Source: Ruminococcus albus 7 = DSM 20455
GTDB taxonomy: Bacteria; Bacillota; Clostridia; Oscillospirales; Ruminococcaceae
Reading direction: 5' to 3'
Length of the DNA stretch: 32,000 nucleotides
Assembly: GCF_000179635.2 (NCBI RefSeq)
Contig: NC_014824.1
Location: 210,001-242,000 of the forward strand
Shown: positions 24,003 through 31,940 of the stretch, one piece after another
How the letters are laid out: each line of letters starts with the position of its first letter
Position numbering within the stretch: position 1 is the first letter of the stretch
The notes under the pieces: model-generated
The model's database searches: none
What the model saw: only the letters and a program-made list of their open reading frames with translations
What the model was told of the DNA's origin: nothing
Position numbers and translations under genes: made by a program

Positions 24003-27000
24003 ATGTATTTTTTTATGCAGAAAAACAGAAAGAAGCTCATCGCAAGAATGTCCGCAGCTACAATGGCTACACTCATGGCGTTCAATTCAATGGTGCCGAT
24101 AATCAGCTCGGCAGCTGAAGGTACAGTGTGGTTTAAGAATGGCAATGTTACTCTTGAACAGGCTGATGGTATTTATTACAATTACACATCTAAGTTGCCT
24201 TTTACCGCATATGACTCCCCCAGCGAACATGCAACATACGGCGGGGCTGTTAAGTTCCGTAATTCAAACGGTACTACAACAGAAGCCATAGGACTTACCG
24301 AGGGCGGCGGAATGCATCAGATGGTAATGTATGAGATGAAGGGTAACGGAGCAAATTCCAATCTCGGTATCTGTCTCAGACCTACAGCACACTCCTTTGC
24401 TGCCGGATTTTTTGATTCAGACGGAAAGATCGTCGAATACACATCTACTAATGGCTATACAGGATATTGGGACAAGGTTAAAGGAACACAGACCGGAAGG
24501 GCGATAGCCACAGCAATGTACTATGGCTACGGAGGAAGAGTTCAGGGTAAGAGTAAGAGTGTTGCAGACTGCTATATTGCAACTCAGTTTATCGTTTGGG
24601 AACTTGTATGCGGATACAGAGATCCTAAAACCATGGAACTTGTTACCAAGGATGCTAACGGCAATAACATTTCGACAAGTTCAAGCCTCCTTGATTACTA
24701 CAAGCCTACAGCCGGCGGCGCTGTTATAAGCAAGAACAACAGCTGCTCGGGGATCGTTGATGAATATAATAAAATCGTCAAATCCATGAAAAATTGGGCA
24801 GATACACTTTATAATAGGCCAGCAAGTCTCTACAGCACATCAGATAAGGTTGTTCTTGCGTATGATTTTGCTGATAACAAGTATACCGGAAGCGTAGATA
24901 TAAAGGGAGCAAAGGGAAACTGGGCAAATGCAACCGGCACAGCTCTCAAGTCTCAGTGGGGAGCTGATAATATATCTACAAACGGAACAGTATATACCAT
25001 AAGTTCTGAAAAAAGACCGACAGCTACCAAAACTGTTATTTCGCCTATAAGGACTGATGAGTATGATGCTGCAGACACTTGGACAATCTATAATCACAGT
25101 TTTGATCCAAGAAAAGCAAGAAACAGCTCCGATGAAGACTGCCAGGATCTTGCATTCAATGCAATGAGAATTGACCCTGCCGAGGGAGAAATCAATTATC
25201 AGGTAGCAAGCTACGGCGATATCGAGCTGACTAAGCTGTGGGAAATTAACGGAAATGTTATCGATGATGAAAAGGCAGCCGAATATATGACTTCCATTTC
25301 CTTCAACCTGTCCACAGTAGGCGAAGATGGTAAGACATACTATGTTAAGGCAAGCTGGGATAGCCTTTCTTCAAGCGACTATACCTTTACAGGAACGACT
25401 ACAAATGCAAGTGAAGCAACAAACTTCAGATTCAACTCCGGTGCTGAAGCAGATACAGTAATGAAGATCAAAAACATTCCTGCCGATGAAGATGGTATGG
25501 ATTATGTTGTGACTGAAACTGTAAGAGAAAATTCAAAGGCATATAATGATGGTTATGCTGCAGAGGATCCTAAGAACGTTCATGTCAGCGGATACAGCCT
25601 GACAGATAAGCCCGATGTTGCAACAGTAACATTTGCAAATAATAAGGAAAGCATTTACGGTCAGGTTTCTCTTCTGAAACTCGATTCTGAAAACGGTGAA
25701 AGACTTTCCGGTGCAACTTTTGAACTGTGGAATGATACTAACGAAAATGGTCAGCTTGATGAAGCTGATGTTAAGGTTGGAACGCTCAATGATAACAACA
25801 ACGGCGAGTATGTTTCCGACAAGATCGAAGGCGGTAAATATCTCGTAAAAGAAACAAAGGCTCCTTACGGTTATGTTGTATACAGAGCACCTATCGCTTT
25901 TGAAATCACCGAGGACGGTCAGAACCTGACTATCGGTAATACTATAGACGAAAACGGCAACGTTGTATTCAAGGAAAGACCTGCCAAGGGCAACATCGAG
26001 CTCAACAAGGTCGATTCTGATACAAATGAACCTATCTCCGGTGCGGAATTCACTGTATGGAAAGATGAAAACAAGAACGGTACTCTTGATGACGGCGATA
26101 CAGAAGTGGGAACTCTTTATGAAACAACAGAAGAAGTGATCGAAGAGGATACTCCTGACGGAGAAGCCGGAGAGGTAGTTACACGTGGTACCGGAAATTA
26201 CCACATAGAAGACCTCAGACTTGGACAGTATATCGTAAAGGAAACAGCGGCACCTGAGAATTACATCATTGATCCTAATGAATATGTAGCTGTTGTTGAA
26301 GCTGATGGACAGACTGTTTATATCAATAACAGAGAGAATAAAGAAGGATTCTTTGAGGTAGAAAAGAAGGGTAAGATAACTCTTACAAAGTACGATTCCA
26401 GATATCCTGACCATGTTCTTTCAGGAGCAGTATTTGATGTATGGAAGGATACTAACTCTAACGGATTTGTAGATGAAGTCGATGAATATCTTGGCAATCT
26501 TGTCGAAACTGCAGACGGTATCTACGAAATGTCAAATCTGAGACTGGGCGATTATATCGTACATGAAGCAGCGGCTCCCGAGGGCTTCAATGTTGATGAT
26601 GGTTACTACCCTGCAGCTATTAGAGATGACGGCGATATCGCAGTTGTAACAAACAGAGATGCAGACGGTGATTTCGCTTCCGGCTTCTACAATGACATCA
26701 AGCGTGGTGATATAGAGATAACAAAGACAGATATCGTATCATCTGAAGCACTGCCCAACACAGGCTTCAGGATCTACGACAAGGACAAGAACGTTATCTT
26801 TGAAGATTACACCGATGAAAACGGAAAGATCACCTTCAAGGAACTTGAATACGGTGAGTACTACTACCAGGAGTATGATGCTCCCGAGGGCTACATCATC
26901 GATGAATCTCTCTACAGATTTGAGATACGTGAGGATGGTGTCGTAGTAAGAGCTGATATGACAAACAGACCTAAGCCTGCACTTGTTACCATAACTAAAA

Positions 27001-27374
27001 CTGATATTTCTGAATCCACTACCCTGCCTAACACAGGAATAAGGATCTGCAGAGCTGACGGCACTGTTGTATCCGAACAGCGTACAGGTTCAGATGGTTC
27101 TGTGACCTTCGAGATTAATATCGAAGAGCTCGGCTATGGCAAGTACTACTTCGAAGAGTTTGATGCTCCCGAGGGTTATCTTATCAATGACGAAAAGCAC
27201 TGGTTCGAGATCACTGCAGGCGGTCAGGTCATTCACGATAAGCTGAGGGATGAAAAGGTTCCTAAGACAAGCGTTGATGTAAACACTGCTCTTCCTTTGA
27301 CAGCCGGCGCAGGTGCTGTGGCAGGACTTATAGTTCTGACATACGTTGCAATAGGCAAGAAGAAAGATATCTAA
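24003..27374 (+). CDS. cell-wall-anchored adhesin with about six Cna-B/SpaA-type repeat domains
   Basis: Repeats of the form G.IEL.K.D..T...L.GA.F.VW......NG..D........ETKAP.GY are present. There is a signal peptide and a C-terminal LPLTAG-hydrophobic-KKKD sorting-like signal. The start may be the ATG at 24015 rather than 24003. Confidence 0.9.
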   Translation: MYFFMQKNRKKLIARMSAATMATLMAFNSMVPIISSAAEGTVWFKNGNVTLEQADGIYYNYTSKLPFTAYDSPSEHATYGGAVKFRNSNGTTTEAIGLTEGGGMHQMVMYEMKGNGANSNLGICLRPTAHSFAAGFFDSDGKIVEYTSTNGYTGYWDKVKGTQTGRAIATAMYYGYGGRVQGKSKSVADCYIATQFIVWELVCGYRDPKTMELVTKDANGNNISTSSSLLDYYKPTAGGAVISKNNSCSGIVDEYNKIVKSMKNWADTLYNRPASLYSTSDKVVLAYDFADNKYTGSVDIKGAKGNWANATGTALKSQWGADNISTNGTVYTISSEKRPTATKTVISPIRTDEYDAADTWTIYNHSFDPRKARNSSDEDCQDLAFNAMRIDPAEGEINYQVASYGDIELTKLWEINGNVIDDEKAAEYMTSISFNLSTVGEDGKTYYVKASWDSLSSSDYTFTGTTTNASEATNFRFNSGAEADTVMKIKNIPADEDGMDYVVTETVRENSKAYNDGYAAEDPKNVHVSGYSLTDKPDVATVTFANNKESIYGQVSLLKLDSENGERLSGATFELWNDTNENGQLDEADVKVGTLNDNNNGEYVSDKIEGGKYLVKETKAPYGYVVYRAPIAFEITEDGQNLTIGNTIDENGNVVFKERPAKGNIELNKVDSDTNEPISGAEFTVWKDENKNGTLDDGDTEVGTLYETTEEVIEEDTPDGEAGEVVTRGTGNYHIEDLRLGQYIVKETAAPENYIIDPNEYVAVVEADGQTVYINNRENKEGFFEVEKKGKITLTKYDSRYPDHVLSGAVFDVWKDTNSNGFVDEVDEYLGNLVETADGIYEMSNLRLGDYIVHEAAAPEGFNVDDGYYPAAIRDDGDIAVVTNRDADGDFASGFYNDIKRGDIEITKTDIVSSEALPNTGFRIYDKDKNVIFEDYTDENGKITFKELEYGEYYYQEYDAPEGYIIDESLYRFEIREDGVVVRADMTNRPKPALVTITKTDISESTTLPNTGIRICRADGTVVSEQRTGSDGSVTFEINIEELGYGKYYFEEFDAPEGYLINDEKHWFEITAGGQVIHDKLRDEKVPKTSVDVNTALPLTAGAGAVAGLIVLTYVAIGKKKDI

Positions 27375-27415
27375 TTTAACAGCGCCTTTATTATCATACA
27401 TCCTTTGAGGAAAGA

Positions 27416-27445
27416 CAGCTAAGTGTAAAAGCTTAGCTGCCTTTT
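27416..27445 (+). terminator. intrinsic terminator
   Basis: CAGCTAAG-loop-CTTAGCTG is followed by CCTTTTC. Confidence 0.75.
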
Positions 27446-27477
27446 CGTATCTTAAATAGTCTTCCGTCTTAGAGTTC

Positions 27478-27495
27478 TGTGTCACGCGTGACACA
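27478..27495. repeat. palindrome family, copy 6 (perfect)
   Basis: TGTGTCACGCGTGACACA lies 33 bp after the adhesin terminator and 49 bp before a TATAAT at 27544-27549. Confidence 0.95.
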
Positions 27496-27697
27496 AAATA
27501 AATTCTATTTTTATTTTTCATTTTACTTAACTGAATTTTCTACTATAATACAAAAGGCAAGTATTTTAATATCTATTAGCAAAACTTCCCTGCCGCTTCT
27601 ACACAGTGGAACATCCTTAAAGAAAAGTCAGCTAAGTGTAAATCTTATCCGTATATTTCCGCCTTTGTCCTTATAAGGATAAGAAGCCTTTTTAATT

Positions 27698-27715
27698 TGT
27701 GTCACGTGTGACACA
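27698..27715. repeat. palindrome family, copy 7 (one central mismatch)
   Basis: The sequence is TGTGTCACGTGTGACACA. Confidence 0.9.
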
Positions 27716-27899
27716 GCAAAAGCACCTGGATTTAATTGTAACCTATAATGGTATTGCAGGTAGATAAAGCATTTAAGACTCCCCTGCTTTGAATTTTAAT
27801 AGTGCCAATTGAAGGTCAAAGGCTTTAATTCACTGGATTTCACATAGAGTATGTCACGGGTGTCACACTTGATACACAGGGACTGAGAACATTTCTCGG

Positions 27900-27941
27900 G
27901 TGGATTTTATCCGTTAATTGAGTGGATTTCATCCGTTAATT
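27900..27941 (+). repeat. iteron-like pair, unit 1
   Basis: GTGGATTTTATCCGTTAATT and GTGGATTTCATCCGTTAATT start 22 bp apart. Each contains the mini-palindrome GGAT-NNN-ATCC. Confidence 0.85.
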
Positions 27942-27982
27942 CAAAATCGAAACTAACAGAGATTCTGCGTTTCAGATTAGTT

Positions 27983-28000
27983 TGTGTCACGCGTGACACA
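27983..28000. repeat. palindrome family, copy 8 (perfect)
   Basis: The sequence is TGTGTCACGCGTGACACA. Confidence 0.95.
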
Positions 28001-28184
28001 GTAAAAGTGCATAGATTTCATTTGCCCCAATAATGGTTATGCAGGTAAATAAAGAATTTAAGACTCCCCTGCTTTGGATTTTAATGGTACCAATTGAAGA
28101 TCAAAGGCTTTAATTCACTGGATTTCACATAGAGTATGTCACGGTTGTCACACTTGATACACAGGGACTGAGAACATTTCTCGG

Positions 28185-28226
28185 GTGGATTTTATCCGTT
28201 AATTGAGTGGATTTCATCCGTTAATT
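28185..28226 (+). repeat. iteron-like pair, unit 2
   Basis: It has the same two 20-mers as 27900-27941, shifted by 285 bp. Confidence 0.85.
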
Positions 28227-28267
28227 CAAAATCGAAACTAACAGAGATTCTGCGTTTCAGATTAGTT

Positions 28268-28285
28268 TGTGTCACGCGTGACACA
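28268..28285. repeat. palindrome family, copy 9 (perfect)
   Basis: The sequence is TGTGTCACGCGTGACACA. Confidence 0.95.
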
Positions 28286-28469
28286 GTAAAAGTGCATAGA
28301 TTTCATTTGCCCCAATAATGGTTATGCAGGTAAATAAAGAATTTAAGACTCCCCTGCTTTGGATTTTAATGGTACCAATTGAAGATCAAAGGCTTTAATT
28401 CACTGGATTTCACATAGAGTATGTCACGGGTGTCACACTTGATACACAGGGACTGAGAACATTTCTCGG

Positions 28470-28511
28470 GTGGATTTTATCCGTTAATTGAGTGGATTTC
28501 ATCCGTTAATT
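28470..28511 (+). repeat. iteron-like pair, unit 3
   Basis: It has the same two 20-mers, shifted by 570 bp. Confidence 0.85.
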
Positions 28512-28552
28512 CAAAATCGAAACTAACAGAGATTCTGCGTTTCAAATTAGTT

Positions 28553-28570
28553 TGTGTCACGCGTGACACA
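28553..28570. repeat. palindrome family, copy 10 (perfect)
   Basis: TGTGTCACGCGTGACACA lies 68 bp upstream of the -10 of the 390-aa operon. Confidence 0.95.
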
Positions 28571-28614
28571 GTAAGTTCAATTACATAATTGCAAATACTA
28601 TTTTCCCTTTTTCT

Positions 28615-28643
28615 TTTTATCAAATCGAATTTTCCTGTATAAT
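28615..28643 (+). promoter_or_regulatory. probable promoter of the 390-aa/84-aa/DHH operon
   Basis: TATAAT lies at 28638-28643, preceded by TG. The -35 is weak. The block GAATTTTCCTGTATAAT resembles those upstream of 27544 and 31380. Confidence 0.5.
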
Positions 28644-28707
28644 AAACGTAGATATTTATATTGATATCAGGAGTTTTAAAATTCAAAATCATAGGAGGAA
28701 AATATCA

Positions 28708-29880
28708 ATGGGACAAAGATCACAAATGTACATTAAATTTGAATCTGAAAAAGAAAAAATACTGATAGCAAATTATTATCAATGGAATTATGGAGAAAGA
28801 ATGATTTCCAGAGCAAAATATGTTATTGAGTATATTAAAAATGCTTACGATACATTTTACAAAGAGGGCAATTTTCACTTTTGGTATGAAAATAAAGATA
28901 CTATCAGAAAACTAAAAAGACTGCTCGATGTAAATTTTGATATGCAGGATATAGTGTTGAGTCAGGATATTATTGAAGAATTCAAGGAAGAAGCTGATGA
29001 TAACTGTAAGTTCAATGATTATGTATTCTACGGTCAGGATAACAATGACGGTCAGTTCTACCTGTACGTGATGAATAATGGTTCTCTTAAGTATACTTTC
29101 ACAGATTATAATTGCAATGATCGTCTGACTGCGCATCAGTATATGGAAGACTATAATGCTGAAGATAGGGAAATCTGCGAAGAAAATACAACTTATATAG
29201 AAGAAAATGCTCAGCTTTTGTCAAATTCCGAATGGGCTGAATTTCTCGACGATAATTATTCTTCACTATATAAAAGGAGATCCACTCCGGCGGAAGAAGC
29301 AGTGTTCAAACTTTCAATGCTATGGGGCGATTATCTGAGATCAAAAAAATCCTACAAAGGCATATTATACAGCGATTTTCTTTCTAAAATTCCTGACGAT
29401 AAAGCGGCAAATATAATAAGAAATAAATCTCGTTGGTGTAATGAAAGCTCGGATATAAACAAGCTCTTTCAGGAAATGGCAGAGGAACTTATCGACGAAT
29501 CCTTTGAAATCGATATTCTAAAGGAAGTTGAGTTGTGTGATGTCTGCAAGCCATCAATAGAGCCATTGAAGTTTGCATCTGGTCTCACATCTAAAACACC
29601 GGCCGAACAGCTTATACTGTATAATAAGCTTCTTAAAAAGACAAGCAGCTCTGCAAATAGAAAGATAATAACCGATACAAGCGAATGTGCTGTTCTGTTT
29701 TCTATCGACAGCAGAGGAAATCCTCTTATAACACTTAAATTGTACGGAGAAAAATTCGGAAAATTAAAGGGAAAACCTGAAATGGTCGAGTTAACACCTT
29801 TCGAACGTTATGAGTTATACGATCTGGCAAATGAGTATTGTAAGAATCACTATAGTATGTCATTGCCTTCAAGGTGTTAA
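28708..29880 (+). CDS. hypothetical 390-aa protein
   Basis: ORF-track ORF with an AGGAGGA RBS. It is the first gene after the tandem array. I recognised no motif. Confidence 0.8.
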   Translation: MGQRSQMYIKFESEKEKILIANYYQWNYGERMISRAKYVIEYIKNAYDTFYKEGNFHFWYENKDTIRKLKRLLDVNFDMQDIVLSQDIIEEFKEEADDNCKFNDYVFYGQDNNDGQFYLYVMNNGSLKYTFTDYNCNDRLTAHQYMEDYNAEDREICEENTTYIEENAQLLSNSEWAEFLDDNYSSLYKRRSTPAEEAVFKLSMLWGDYLRSKKSYKGILYSDFLSKIPDDKAANIIRNKSRWCNESSDINKLFQEMAEELIDESFEIDILKEVELCDVCKPSIEPLKFASGLTSKTPAEQLILYNKLLKKTSSSANRKIITDTSECAVLFSIDSRGNPLITLKLYGEKFGKLKGKPEMVELTPFERYELYDLANEYCKNHYSMSLPSRC

Positions 29881-29894
29881 AAAGGAGAATGGCT

Positions 29895-30149
29895 ATGGGA
29901 AATACACGTAATACAAGAGCCTACTATAGGCGTGTGAGAAGTAAAAATATCGAACGTAAAAAGAAATTATATAATATTGTATATCATTGTAACTATGAAA
30001 AGCCTGAAGGAAAACTGAGTAAAGGAAAAGTTCACTGCAGCTGCCCTTGGTGCGCTTTCAGCGGACTGACTTATAGAAGAATAAAACGCGGCACAGCCAT
30101 GGATTATTCTGAGAAACACTACGAAGAATATTTCGACGACGTAGTATAA
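29895..30149 (+). CDS. small basic protein with a Cys/His cluster (possible zinc-binding)
   Basis: I prefer the ATG at 29895 (AAGGAG RBS 7 nt upstream) to the track GTG at 29874. The protein is Arg/Lys-rich and contains HCSCPWC. Confidence 0.65.
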   Translation: MGNTRNTRAYYRRVRSKNIERKKKLYNIVYHCNYEKPEGKLSKGKVHCSCPWCAFSGLTYRRIKRGTAMDYSEKHYEEYFDDVV

Positions 30150-30163
30150 TTGGAGGACAAATC

Positions 30164-31249
30164 ATGTTTGAACTGAATTTCGATGAACTGGATATGCTTT
30201 CACCTTTCGAAAAATTCAAAGACAAAATAACAAGATCAGATCTTAAGCCGGAAAGCAAGATCTTGCTGATGACTCATAACGATCTTGACGGTTCCGGACC
30301 AGCAGTGCTGCTTAAAAGCATTTTTGTAAAAACAGACGTTATTCACTGTTCTAATAATAATATGGATCGTGAGATAATGAATTCTATGTATATGGCAAAT
30401 AAATATGATGCGGTTTTCATTACAGACATATCCTGTACGAAAGAAACTGCAGAAAAGATAAATGAACACTATAATAGGAAGAAGCTTTATCTGCTTGATC
30501 ACCACAGAACAGCTGAGTATCTTAATGAGTATGACTGGGCATTTGTTCTGTCAGAACACATCAAAGAATCTTTCATTGATGAATATTATAAGGAACCCAT
30601 TGGAAAGCCTTCCGCAACTTCAATAACCTTCGACTTTTTGAAGTACTATGGGCTTACGAAGTATATCAAGAACCTTTCTCTTGCTAAAGAACTTGCTTTC
30701 ATGATAAGTGCTTATGATTCTTGGGATTGGGTAAATGTTTTTGAAAAAGATCCAAAGTTTCTGGATCTGAACACTGTATTCTGGATCTACCAGCCGGAAA
30801 TATTCGACAACATCTTTTCAAAAAAGATATCTGAAGAAGGAGCAAGGATTCTCGATAAAAGAGAAAACTTTGTACTTATGCTGGAAAAAGGAAGAAACGA
30901 AAACTATATCAACTCCAAAAGAGAGTCATTCAAAAAGTGTGTACTTACAATAGATGATGTTTCTTACAAGGCAATTTATTGTTTTGCAGACTCTCACACC
31001 CCGGAACTTTTTGAAGTAATGAAAACTGATTTCCCGGAAGGAGACATTGCAATCATAAATACAGGTTCCAAATTATCCTTCCGTTCCATAGACAATGATA
31101 TCAATGTTGAAAAGCTTGCGAGAAAGCTTGGAGGCGGCGGACATATCAATGCAAGTGGTGTTCATGTTTCTTCTGAGCTTCAGAAAGAATATATGGAAAA
31201 GCTTCTTACAGGAACTATTGAAAAATATAATCAGTCCGCTAATTCATGA
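30164..31249 (+). CDS. DHH/DHHA1-family phosphoesterase (NrnA-like)
   Basis: The motifs THNDLDGSG, LLDHHRT and GGGGHINASG are present. A GGAGGA RBS is present. Confidence 0.85.
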   Translation: MFELNFDELDMLSPFEKFKDKITRSDLKPESKILLMTHNDLDGSGPAVLLKSIFVKTDVIHCSNNNMDREIMNSMYMANKYDAVFITDISCTKETAEKINEHYNRKKLYLLDHHRTAEYLNEYDWAFVLSEHIKESFIDEYYKEPIGKPSATSITFDFLKYYGLTKYIKNLSLAKELAFMISAYDSWDWVNVFEKDPKFLDLNTVFWIYQPEIFDNIFSKKISEEGARILDKRENFVLMLEKGRNENYINSKRESFKKCVLTIDDVSYKAIYCFADSHTPELFEVMKTDFPEGDIAIINTGSKLSFRSIDNDINVEKLARKLGGGGHINASGVHVSSELQKEYMEKLLTGTIEKYNQSANS

Positions 31250-31280
31250 ATGGAACGTCCTGATAAACTATATTTCAGAT

Positions 31281-31308
31281 TAGAGTGTGACACGCGTGAC
31301 ACACTCTA
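31281..31308. repeat. palindrome family, copy 11 (extended 28-bp variant with one mismatched pair)
   Basis: The sequence is TAGAGTGTGACACGCGTGACACACTCTA. It lies 32 bp after the DHH stop and 72 bp before the next -10. Its left flank TTTCAGATTAG matches the array units. Confidence 0.9.
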
Positions 31309-31379
31309 ATACCAAAAATGCGATCAAATTATTAAAGTAATTTACAGTGGAATCTTTTTTATCTATTCCAATTTCCTTG

Positions 31380-31385
31380 TATAAT
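31380..31385 (+). promoter_or_regulatory. -10 element of the last gene
   Basis: TATAAT is preceded by TG, within AATTTCCTTGTATAAT. Confidence 0.5.
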
Positions 31386-31466
31386 TATATTAGTAGTAAC
31401 TACTGATAATTGGAGTCTGTTTCCGAATGCAGATGTTCCAAAATAAATTATACGAGGTGTAATCGA

Positions 31467-31901
31467 ATGGATAAAGTAACGAAGCAAAAAATAAAACACA
31501 CGCTGAGGAAAAACGGGCTAACTATTTTTTTAGGAATCTCTGTAATATTACTAATAATCATCGCGTTAATGAATGTCAGCGTAAAAAAAGAGAAGATCAA
31601 AAAAGAAAAAGTAGCAAGCAATATTTATTATGGCTGCATCAAGACAGAACATGAAGAAAAAGTTCTGGTGATCACCCAGGCGAATTATTTCATCGAAAAT
31701 GAATGCCTTGATGATGGCAGCGGAGAAAAATATAAAGAACTAAATACAATACTATACAAAAGCGGACTCAAACAATATTCAGAAGGGAAATACTCTTTAA
31801 CAGAAGAAATGAATGAGTCTGACTTAGTTCAGATATTAACTGAGAACAATATGGTTTTGGATTTCAAAAACAAGGAATATAATGATTTCTGCAACAGATA
31901 A
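31467..31901 (+). CDS. hypothetical single-pass membrane protein (144 aa)
   Basis: I prefer the ATG at 31467 (GAGGTG RBS) to the track TTG at 31410. The TM helix reads LTIFLGISVILLIIIALMNV. Confidence 0.7.
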   Translation: MDKVTKQKIKHTLRKNGLTIFLGISVILLIIIALMNVSVKKEKIKKEKVASNIYYGCIKTEHEEKVLVITQANYFIENECLDDGSGEKYKELNTILYKSGLKQYSEGKYSLTEEMNESDLVQILTENNMVLDFKNKEYNDFCNR

Positions 31902-31911
31902 TTCAGAAGAA

Positions 31912-31939
31912 AAGCTCATCGATAGATGGGCTTTTTTTA
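31912..31939 (+). terminator. intrinsic terminator
   Basis: AGCTCATC-GATA-GATGGGCT is followed by TTTTTTT. Confidence 0.85.
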
Positions 31940-31940
31940 T

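Larger units (their letters stand above)
27698..28570. repeat. tandem array of three 285-bp noncoding units bounded by four palindrome copies
   Basis: Palindromes start at 27698, 27983, 28268 and 28553, an exact 285-bp period. Units 2 and 3 are almost identical. The first ~120 bp of unit 1 are diverged. There is no credible ORF. Confidence 0.95.

Noticed and set aside
25533-26414. 293-aa minus-strand ORF, and other antisense ORFs inside long genes (for example 1245-1457, 1828-2022, 3139-3651, 8319-8654, 8951-9286, 17298-18167, 22645-23001, 24840-25097, 30236-30505)
   Set aside because: They lie wholly within better-supported genes on the opposite strand or in another frame. They have no RBS and encode low-complexity or Ile/Phe/Ser-rich products typical of antisense AT-rich coding DNA.
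26751-27038. Two internal LPNTG motifs in the adhesin as sortase cleavage sites
   Set aside because: They lie inside Cna-B-type repeats (...EALPNTGFRIYD, ...TTLPNTGIRICR). They are not followed by a hydrophobic helix and positive tail, so they are a conserved strand of the repeat fold rather than sorting signals.
27698-28570. CRISPR array interpretation of the tandem repeats
   Set aside because: The 285-bp units are contiguous. There are no unique spacers between short repeats, the period is far outside CRISPR geometry, and the window has no cas genes.
27698-28707. Type III toxin-antitoxin (ToxIN-like) repeat RNA upstream of the 390-aa gene
   Set aside because: Known antitoxin repeats are about 34-36 nt, not 285 nt. 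I found no convincing promoter upstream of the array on the plus strand. The 390-aa protein shows no recognisable endoribonuclease features. It remains only a remote alternative.
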